Below, one piece after another: positions 1-10,600 of a stretch of DNA of 19,865 bases. The position numbers were made by a program, and so were the translations under genes. Numbering within the stretch: the first letter of the stretch is position 1; each line of letters opens with the position of its first letter. Origin of the DNA: Octopus sinensis (taxonomy: Eukaryota); contig NW_021824104.1 of NCBI RefSeq assembly GCF_006345805.1, positions 1-19,865 on the forward strand. The letters run 5' to 3'. The notes beneath the pieces are model-generated. The model searched no databases. It had not been told where the DNA came from and saw only the letters and a program-made list of their open reading frames with translations.

Positions 1-289
1 TTATAATTTCAACAATTGAGGGTAAAATTAATTAATTAATCAATTTCACCAAGTGTTCAGTATGCAAAGGGATCATTTAAGGCGAATTCAAATTATTACA
101 TTATATAAAAGGGCTTAGTAAAATAAAATACTTTGCCGCATACTGAACTCATTAGAAATAGCAGCTAAAAAAACATTTATAAAACTATTTCTAATACTTA
201 AAGAAAACCTCTCTCATATAGTGTTTGCTCAATTCAACTCACGGAAGTATGGGGGTAGAGACATTAAAAAATCATATGCAAAGGTTATT

Positions 290-342
290 TGAGAACGTAC
301 GTTTCAAGATTAGTCAAAATCGACATTTCTATCATCAGCTCA
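290..342 (-). ncRNA. Type I hammerhead ribozyme motif (unit 1; repeated in each full unit)
   Basis: Minus strand reads UGAG (342-339), CUGAUGA (338-332), U-AGA-AAU-GUCG-AUUU-UGAC-UAA-UCU-U (helix II, 331-306), GAAA (305-302), C-GUAC-G-U-U (301-294), CUCA (293-290). Helix I is UGAG/CUCA, extendable to AGGG/CCUU in most units. Helix III is short with a palindromic GUAC loop. Predicted cleavage is after GUU, between 294 and 293. Caveats: the 10.1-11.1 position is U-U instead of the usual G-C, and H17 is U. Confidence 0.75.
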
Positions 343-3300
343 GAAATCCTGGTTTGGATTTGAAAACACTGAAAGTAGGAGCATACCCCATCGGCCTCCT
401 ATCGCTTCTGAAGATCCGCTCGTAACTAACAGTGCCAACAAACTCAAAAATGCAAGCGAAGAATTTCTGCTCTCCCCTTTCCACCAGCGTGGGTTAAAAT
501 CAGCAAACACTATTCTTTTTACGGTAAAATCCGAGGCATTTATATAGAGAGAGATGAATTATAATTTCAACAATTGAGGGTAAAATTAATTAATTAATCA
601 ATTTCACCAAGTGTTCAGTATGCAAAGGGACCATTTAAGGCGAATTCAAATTATTACATTATATAAAATGGCTTAGTAAAATAAATTACTTTGCCGCATA
701 CTGAACTCATTAGAAATAGCAGCTAAAAAAACATTTATAAAACTATTTCTAATACTTAAAGAAAACCTCTCTCATATAGTGTTTGCTCAATTCAACTCAC
801 GGAAGTATGGGGGGTAGAGACATTAAAAAATCATATGCAAAGGTTATTTGAGAACGTACGTTTCAAGATTAGTCAAAATCGACAATTCTATCATCAGATC
901 AGAACTCCCTGGTTTGGATTTGAAAACACTGAAAGTAGGAGCATACCCCTTCGGCCTCCTATCGCTTCTGAAGATCCGATCGTAACTAACAGTGCCAACA
1001 AACTCAAAAATGCAAGCGAAGAATTTCTGCTCTCCCCTTTCCACCAGCGTGGGTTAAATTCAGCAAACACTATGCTTTTTTCGGTAAAATCCGAGGCATT
1101 TAAATAGAGAGAGATGAATTATAATTTCAACAATTGAGGGTAAAATTAATTAATTAATCAATTTCACCAAGTGTTCAGTATGCAAAGGGACCATTTAAGG
1201 CGAATTCAAATTATTACATTATATAAAAGGGCTTAGTAAAATAAAATACTTTGCCGCATACTGAACTCATTAGAAATAGCAGCTAAAAAAACATTTATAA
1301 AACTATTTCTAATACTTAAAGAAAACCTCTCTCATATAGTGTTTGCTCAATTCAACTCACGGAAGTATGGGGGGTAGAGACATTAAAAAATCATATGCAA
1401 AGGTTATTTGAGAACGTACGTTTCAAGATTAGTCAAAATCGACATTTCTATCATCAGCTCAGAACTCCTGGTTTGGATTTGAAAACACTGAAAGTAGGAG
1501 CATACCCCTTCGGCCTCCTATCGCTCTGAAGATCCGCTCGTAACTAACAGTGCCAACAAACTCAAAAATGCAAGCGAAGAATTTCTGCTCTCCCCTTTCC
1601 ACTAGCGTGGGTTAAAATCAGCAAACACTATGCTTTTTTCGGTAAAATCCGAGGCATTTAAATAGAGAGAGATGAATTATAATTTCAACAATTGAGGGTA
1701 AAATTAATTAATTAATCAATTTCACCAAGTGTTCAGTATGCAAAGGGACCATTTAAGGCGAATTCAAATTATTACATTATATAAAAGGGCTTATTAAAAT
1801 AAATTACTTTGCCGCATACTGAACTCATTAGAAATAGCAGCTAAAAAACATTTATAAAACTATTTCTAATACTTAAAGAAAACCTCTCTCATATAGTGTT
1901 TGCTCAATTCAACTCACGGAAGTATGGGGGGTAGAGACATTAAAAAATCATATGCAAAGGTTATTTGAGAACGTACGTTTCAAGATTAGTCAAAATCGAC
2001 ATTTCTATCATCAGCTCAGAACTCCCTGGTTTGGATTTGAAAACACTGAAAGTAGGAGCATAACCCATCGGCCTCCTATCGCTTCTGAAGTTCCGATCGT
2101 AACTAACAGTGCCAACAAACTCAAAAATGCAAGCGAAGAATTTCTGCTCTCCCCTTTCCACCAGCGTGGGTTAAAATCAGCAAAAACTATGCTTTTTTCG
2201 GTAAAATCCGAGGCATTTAAATAGAGAGAGATGAATTATAATTTCAACAATTGAGGGTAAAATTAATTAATTAATCAATTTCACCAAGTGTTCAGTATGC
2301 AAAGGGACCATTTAAGGCGAATTCAAATTATTACATTATATAAAAGGGCTTAGTAAAATAATTACTTTGCCGCATACTGAACTCATTAGAAATAGCAGCT
2401 AAAAAAAGATTTATAAAACTATTTCTAATACTTAAAGAAAACCTCTCTCATATAGTGTTTGCTCAATTCAACTCACGGAAGTATGGGGGGTAGAGACATT
2501 AAAAAATCATATGCAAAGGTTATTTGAGAACGTACGTTTGAAGATTAGTCAAAATCGACATTTCTATCATTAGCTCAGAACTCCCTGGTTTGGATTTGAA
2601 AACACTGAAAGTAGGAGCATACCCCTTCGGCCTCCTATCGCTTCTGAAGATCCGCTCGTAACTAACAGTGCCAACAAACTCAAAAATGCAAGCGAAGAAT
2701 TTCTGCTCTCCCCTTTCCACCAGCGTGGGTTAAAATCAGCAAACACTATGCTTTTTTCGGTAAAATCCGAGGCATTTAAATAGAGAGAGATGAATTATAA
2801 TTTCAACAATTGAGGGTAAAATTAATTATTAATCAATTTCACCAAGTGTTCAGTATGCAAAGGGATAATTTAGGCGAATTCAAATTATTACATTATATAA
2901 AAGGGCTTAGTAAAATAAAATACTTTGCCGCATACTGAACTCATTAGAAATAGCAGCTAAAAAAACATTTATAAAACTATTTCTAATACTTAAAGAAAAC
3001 CTCTCTCATATAGTGTTTGCTCAATTCAACTCAAGGAAGTATGGGGGGTAGAGACATAAAAAAATCATATGCAAAGGTTATTTGAGAACGTACGTTTCAA
3101 GATTAGTCAAAATCGACATTTCTATCATCAGCTCAGCAGAAATCCCTGGTTGGATTTGAAAACACTGAAAGTAGGAGCATACCCCATCGGCCTCCTATCG
3201 CTTCTGAAGATCCGCTCGTAACTAACAGTGCCAACAAACTCAAAAATGCAAGCGAAGAATTTCTGCTCTCCCCTTTCCACCAGCGTGGGTTAAAATCAGC

Positions 3301-6300
3301 AAACACTATGCTTTTTTCGGTAAAATCCGAGGCATTTAAATAGAGAGAGATGAATTATAATTTCAACAATTGAGGGTAAAATTAATTAATTAATCAATTT
3401 CACCAAGTGTTCAGTATGCAAAGGGATCATTTAAGGCGAATTCAAATTATTACATTATATAAAAGGGCTTAGTAAAATAAAATACTTTGCCGCATACTGA
3501 ACTCATTAGAAATAGCAGCTAAAAAAACATTTATAAAAACTATTCTAATACTTAAAGAAAACCTCTCTCATAGAGTGTTTGCTCAATTCAACTCACGGAA
3601 GTATGGGGGGTAGAGACATTAAAAAATCATATGCAAAGGTTATTTGAGAACGTACGTTTCAAGATTAGTCAAAATCGACATTTCTATCATCAGCTCAGAA
3701 ATCCCTGGTTTGGATTTGAAAACACTGAAAGTAGGAGCATACCCCATCGGCCTCCTATCGCTTCTGAAGATCCGATCGTAACTAACAGTGCCAACAAACT
3801 CAAAAATGCAAGCGAAGAATTTCTCTCCCCTTTCCACCAGCGTGAGTTAAAATCAGCAAACACTATGCTTTTTTCGGTAAAATCCGAGGCATTTAATAGA
3901 AAGAGATGAATTATAATTTCAACAATTGAGGGTAAAATTAATTAATTAATCAATTTCACCAAGTGTTCAGTATGCAAAGGGACCATTAAGGCGAATTCAA
4001 ATTATTACATTATATAAAAGGGCTTAGTAAAATAAATTACTTTGCCGCATACTGAACTCATTAGAAATAGCAGCTAAAAAAAGATTTATAAAACTATTTC
4101 TAATACGTAAAGAAAACCTCTCTCATATAGTGTTTGCTCAATTCAACTCACGGAAGTATGGACGGTAGAGACATTAAAAAATCATATGCAAAGGTTATTT
4201 GAGAACGTACGTTTGAAGATTAGTCAAAATCGACATTTCTATCATTAGCTCAGAACTCCCTGGTTTGGATTTGAAAACACTGAAAGTAGGAGCATACCCC
4301 TTCGGCCTCCTATCGCTTCTGAAGATCTGCTCGTAACTAACAGTGCCAACAAACTCAAAAATGCAAGCGAAGAATTTCTGCTCCCCTTTCCACCAGCGTG
4401 GGTTAAATTAAAATCAGCAACACTATGCTTTTTTCGGTAAAATCCGAGGCATTTAAATAGAGAGAGATGAATTATAATTTCAACAATTGAGGGTAAAATT
4501 AATTAATTAATCAATTTCACCAAGTGTTCAGTATGCAAAGGGATCATTTAAGGCGAATTCAAATTATTACATTATATAAAAGGGCTTAGTAAAATAAAAT
4601 ACTTTGCCGCATACTGAACTCATTAGAAATAGCAGCTAAAAAAACATTTATAAAACTATTTCTAATACTTAAAGAAACCTCTCTCATATAGTGTTTGCTC
4701 AATTCAACTCACGGAAGTAGGGGGTAGGGTAGAGACATTAAAAAATCATATGCAAAGGTTATTTGAGAACGTACGTTTCAAGATTAGTCAAAATCGACAT
4801 TTCTATCATCAGCTCAGAAATCCCTGGTTTGGATTTGAAAACACTGAAATGTAGGAGCATACCCTTCGGCCTCCTATCGCTTCTGAAGATCCGCTCGTAA
4901 CTAACAGTGCCAACAAACTCAAAAATGCAAGCGAAGAATTTCTGCTCTCCCCTTTCCACCAGCGTGGGTTAAAATCAGCAAACACTATGCTTTTTACGGT
5001 AAAATCCGAGGCATTATATAGAGAGAGATGAATATAATTTCAACAATTGAGGGTAAAATTAATAATTAATCAATTTCACCAAGTGTTCAGTATGCAAAGG
5101 GACCATTTAAGGCGAATTCAAATTATTACATTATATAAAAGGGCTTAGTAAAATAAATTACTTTGCCGCATACTGAACTCATTAGAAATAGCAGCTAAAA
5201 AAACATTTATAAAACTATTTCTAATACTTAAAGAAAACCTCTCTCATATAGTGTTTGCTCAATTCAACTCACGGAAGTATGGGGGTAGAGACATTAAAAA
5301 ATCATATGCAAGGTTATTTGAGAACGTACGTTCAAGATTAGTCAAAATCGACAATTCTATCATCAGCTCAGAACTCCCTGGTTTGGATTTGAAAACACTG
5401 AAAGTAGGAGAACATACCCTTCGGGCCTCTATCGTTCTGAAGATCCGATCGTAACTAACAGTGCCAACAAACTCAAAAATGCAAGCGAAGAATTTCTGCT
5501 CTCCCCTTTCCACCAGCGTGGGTTAAATTCAGCAAACACTATGCTTTTTTCGGTAAAATCCGAGGCATTTAAATAGAGAGAGATGAATTATAATTTCAAC
5601 AATTGAGGGTAAAATTAATTAATTAATCAATTTCACCAAGTGTTCAGTATGCAAAGGGACCATTTAAGGCGAATTCAAATTATTACATTATATAAAAGGG
5701 CTTAGTAAAATAAATTACTTTGCCGCATACTGAACTCATTAGAAATAGCAGCTAAAAAAACATTTATAAAACTATTTCTAATACTTAAAGAAAACCTCTC
5801 TCATATAGTGTTTGCTCAATTCAACTCACGGAAGTATGGGGGGTAGAGACATTAAAAAATCATATGCAAAGTTTATTGAGAACGTACGTTTCAAGATTAG
5901 TCAAAATCGACATTTCTATCATCAGCTCAGAATCCCTGGTTTGGATTTGAAAACACTGAAAGTAGGAGCATACCCTTCGGCCTCCTATCGCTTCTGAAGA
6001 TCCGCTCGTAACTAACAGTGCCAACAAACTCAAAAATGCAAGCGAAGAATTTCTGCTCTCCCCTTTCCACCAGCGTGGGTTAAAATCAGCAAACACTATG
6101 CTTTTTTCGGTAAAATCCGAGGCATTTAAATAGAGAGAGATGAATTATAATTTCAACAATTGAGGGTAAAATTAATTAATTAATCAATTTCACCAAGTGT
6201 TCAGTATGCAAAGGGACCATTTAAGGCGAATTCAAATTATTACATTATATAAAAGGGCTTAGTAAAATAAATTACTTTGCCGCATACTGAACTCATTAGA

Positions 6301-7550
6301 AATAGCAGCTAAAAAAACATTTATAAAACTATTTCTAATACTTAAAGAAAACCTCTCTCATATAGTGTTTGCTCAATTCAACTCACGGAAGTATGGGGGT
6401 AGAGACATTAAAAAATCATATGCAAAGGTTATTTGAGAACGTACGTTTCAAGATTAGTCAAAATCGACATTTCTATCATCAGCTCAGAACTCCCTGGTTT
6501 GGATTTGAAAACACTGAAAGTAGGAGCATAACCCATCGGCTCCTATCGCTTCTGAAGATCCGATCGTAACTAACAGTGCCAACAAACTCAAAAATGCAAG
6601 CGAAGAATTTCTGCTCTCCCCTTTCCACCAGCGTGGGTTAAAATCAGCAAAAACTATGCTTTTTTCGGTAAAATCCGAGGCATTTAAATAGAGAGAGATG
6701 AATTATAATTTCAACAATTGAGGGTAAAATTAATTAATTAATCAATTTCACCAAGTGTTCAGTATGCAAAGGGACCATTTAAGGCGAATTCAAATTATTA
6801 CATTATATAAAAGGGCTTAGTAAAATAAATTACTTTGCCGCATACTGAACTCATTAGAAATAGCAGCTAAAAAAAGATTATTAAAACTATTTCTAATACT
6901 TAAAGAAAACCTCTCTCATATAGTGTTTGCTCAATTCAACTCACGGAAGTATGGGGGGTAGAGACATTAAAAAATCATATGCAAAGGTTATTTGAGAACG
7001 TACGTTTGAAGATTAGTCAAAATCGACATTTCTATCATTAGCTCAGAAACCCTGGTTTGGATTTGAAAACACTGAAAGTAGGAGCATACCCCTTCGGCCT
7101 CTATCGCTTCTGAAGATCCGCTCGTAACTAACAGTGCCAACAAACTCAAAAATGCAAGCGAAGAATTTCTGCTCTCCCCTTTCCACCAGCGTGGGTTAAA
7201 ATCAGCAAACACTATGCTTTTTTCGGTAAAATCCGAGGCATTTAAATAGAGAGAGATGAATTATAATTTCAACAATTGAGGGTAAAATTAATTAATTAAT
7301 CAATTTCACCAAGTGTTCAGTATGCAAAGGGATCATTTAAGGCGAATTCAAATTATTACATTATATAAAAGGGCTTAGTAAAATAAAATACTTTGCCGCA
7401 TACTGAACTCATTAGAAATAGCAGCTAAAAAAACATTTATAAAACTATTTCTAATACTTAAAGAAAACCTCTCTCATATAGTGTTTGCTCAATTCAACTC
7501 ACGGAAGTATGGGGGGTAGAGACATTAAAAAATCATATGCAAAGGTTATT

Positions 7551-7603
7551 TGAGAACGTACGTTTCAAGATTAGTCAAAATCGACATTTCTATCATCAGC
7601 TCA
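7551..7603 (-). ncRNA. Type I hammerhead ribozyme motif in a clean 560-bp unit (unit 14; reference copy)
   Basis: Plus strand TGAGAACGTACGTTTCAAGATTAGTCAAAATCGACATTTCTATCATCAGCTCA is the reverse complement of the intact motif. By eye, both CUGAUGA and GAAA are intact in 18 of 24 full units. Confidence 0.75.
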
Positions 7604-10600
7604 GAAATCCCTGGTTTGGATTTGAAAACACTGAAAGTAGGAGCATACCCCTTCGGCCTCCTATCGCTTCTGAAGATCCGCTCGTAACTAACAGTGCCAA
7701 CAAACTCAAAAATGCAAGCGAAGAATTTCTGCTCTCCCCTTTCCACCAGCGTGGGTTAAAATCAGCAAACACTATGCTTTTTACGGTAAAATCCGAGGCA
7801 TTTATATAGAGAGAGATGAATTATAATTTCAACAATTGAGGGTAAAATTAATTAATTAATCAATTTCACCAAGTGTTCAGTATGCAAAGGGACCATTTAA
7901 GGCGAATTCAAATTATTACATTATATAAAAGGGCTTAGTAAAATAAATTACTTTGCCGCATACTGAACTCATTAGAAATAGCAGCTAAAAAAACATTTAT
8001 AAAACTATTTCTAATACTTAAAGAAAACCTCTCTCATATAGTGTTTGCTCAATTCAACTCACGGAAGTATGGGGGGTAGAGACATTAAAAAATCATATGC
8101 AAAGGTTATTTGAGAACGTACGTTTCAAGATTAGTCAAAATCGACATTTCTATCATTAGCTCAGAACTCCCTGGTTTGGATTTGAAAACACTGAAAGTAG
8201 GAGCATACCCCTTCGGCCTCCTATCGCTTCTGAAGATCCGCTCGTAACTAACAGTGCCAACAAACTCAAAAATGCAAGCGAAGAATTTCTGCTCTCCCCT
8301 TTCCACCAGCGTGGGTTAAAATCAGCAAACACTATGCTTTTTTCGGTAAAATCCGAGTCATTTAAATAGAGAGAGATGAATTATAATTTCAACAATTGAG
8401 GGTAAAATTAATTAATTAATCAATTTCACCAAGTGTTCAGTATGCAAAGGGATCATTTAAGGCGAATTCAAATTATTACATTATATAAAAGGGCTTATTA
8501 AAATAAAATACTTTGCCGCATACTGAACTCATTAGAAATAGCAGCTAAAAAAACATTTATAAAACTATTTCTAATACTTAAAGAAAACCTCTCTCATATA
8601 GTGTTTGCTCAATTCAACTCACGGAAGTATGGGGGGTAGAGACATTAAAAAATCATATGCAAAGGTTATTTGAGAACGTACGTTTCAAGATTAGTCAAAA
8701 TCGACATTTCTATCATCAGCTCAGAAATCCCTGGTTTGGATTTGAAAACACTGAAAGTAGGAGCATACCCCTTCGGCCTCCTATCGCTTCTGAAGATCCG
8801 CTCGTAACTAACAGTGCCAACAAACTCAAAAATGCAAGCGAAGAATTTCTGCTCTCCCCTTTCCACCAGCGTGGGTTAAAATCAGCAAACACTATGCTTT
8901 TTTCGGTAAAATCCGAGGCATTTAAATAGAGAGAGATGAATTATAATTTCAACAATTGAGGGTAAAATTAATTAATTAATCAATTTCACCAAGTGTTCAG
9001 TATGCAAAGGGACCATTTAAGGCGAATTCAAATTATTACATTATATAAAAGGGCTTAGTAAAATAAATTACTTTGCCGCATACTGAACTCATTAGAAAAG
9101 CAGCTAAAAAAACATTTATAAAACTATTCTAATACTTAAAGAAAACCTCTCTCATATAGTGTTTGCTCAATTCAACTCACGGAAGTATGGGGGGTAGAGA
9201 CATTAAAAAATCATATGCAAAGGTTATTTGAGAACGTACGTTTCAAGATTAGTCAAAATCGACATTTCTATCATCAGCTCAGAACTCCCTGGTTTGGATT
9301 TGAAAACACTGAAAGTAGGAGCATAACCCATCGGCCTCCTATCGCTTCTGAAGATCCGATCGTAACTAACAGTGCCAACAAACTCAAAAATGCAAGCGAA
9401 GAATTTCTGCTCTCCCCTTTCCACCAGCGTGGGTTAAAATCAGCAAAAACTATGCTTTTTTCGGTAAAATCCGAGGCATTTAAATAGAGAGAGATGAATT
9501 ATAATTTCAACAATTGAGGGTAAAATTAATTAATTAATCAATTTCACCAAGTGTTCAGTATGCAAAGGGACCATTTAAGGCGAATTCAAATTATTACATT
9601 ATATAAAAGGGCTTAGTAAAATAAATTACTTTGCCGCATACTGAACTCATTAGAAATAGCAGCTAAAAAAAGATTTATAAAACTATTTCTAATACTTAAA
9701 GAAAACCTCTCTCATATAGTGTTTGCTCAATTCAACTCACGGAAGTATGGGGGGTAGAGACATTAAAAAATCATATGCAAAGGTTATTTGAGAACGTACG
9801 TTTGAAGATTAGTCAAAATCGACATTTCTATCATTAGCTAAAGAACTCCCTGGTTTGGATTTGAAAACACTGAAAGTAGGAGCATACCCCTTCGGCCTCC
9901 TATCGCTTCTGAAGATCCGCTCGTAACTAACAGTGCCAACAAACTCAAAAATGCAAGCGAAGAATTTCTGCTCTCCCCTTTCCACCAGCGTGGGTTAAAA
10001 TCAGCAAACACTATGCTTTTTTCGGTAAAATCCGAGGCATTTAAATAGAGAGTGATGAATTATAATTTCAACAATTGAGGGTAAAATTAATTAATTAATC
10101 AATTTCACCAAGTGTTCAGTATGCAAAGGGATCATTTAAGGCGAATTCAAATTATTACATTATAATAAAAGGGCTTAGTAAAATAAAATACTTTGCCGCA
10201 TACTGAACTCATTAGAAATAGCAGCTAAAAAAACATTTAAAACTATTTCTAATACTTAAAGAAAACCTCTCTCATATAGTGTTTGCTCAATTCAACTCAC
10301 GAAAGTATGGGGGGTAGAGACATTAAAAAATCATATGCAAAGGTTATTTGAGAACGTACGTTTCAGATTAGTCAAAATCGACATTTCTATCATCAGCTCA
10401 GAAATCCCTGGTTTGGATTTGAAAACACTGAAAGTAGAGCATACCCCTTCGGCCTCCTATCGCTTCTGAAGATCCGCTCGTAACTAACAGTGCCAACAAA
10501 CTCAAAAATGCAAGCGAAGAATTTCTGCTCTCCCCTTCCACCAGCGTGGGTTAAATTCAGCAAAACACTATGCTTTTTTCGGTAAAATCCGAGGCATTTA

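Noticed and set aside
326-338. Alternative minimal core CUGAUGA-UA-GAAA on the minus strand
   Set aside because: Only 2 nt separate the boxes, so helix II cannot form. The downstream GAAA (305-302) gives consistent helices I-III.
408-430. Plus-strand CTGAAGA-TCCG(C/A)TC-GTAA as a second hammerhead
   Set aside because: It is followed by GUAA rather than GAAA, and no convincing helices I and III can be formed.
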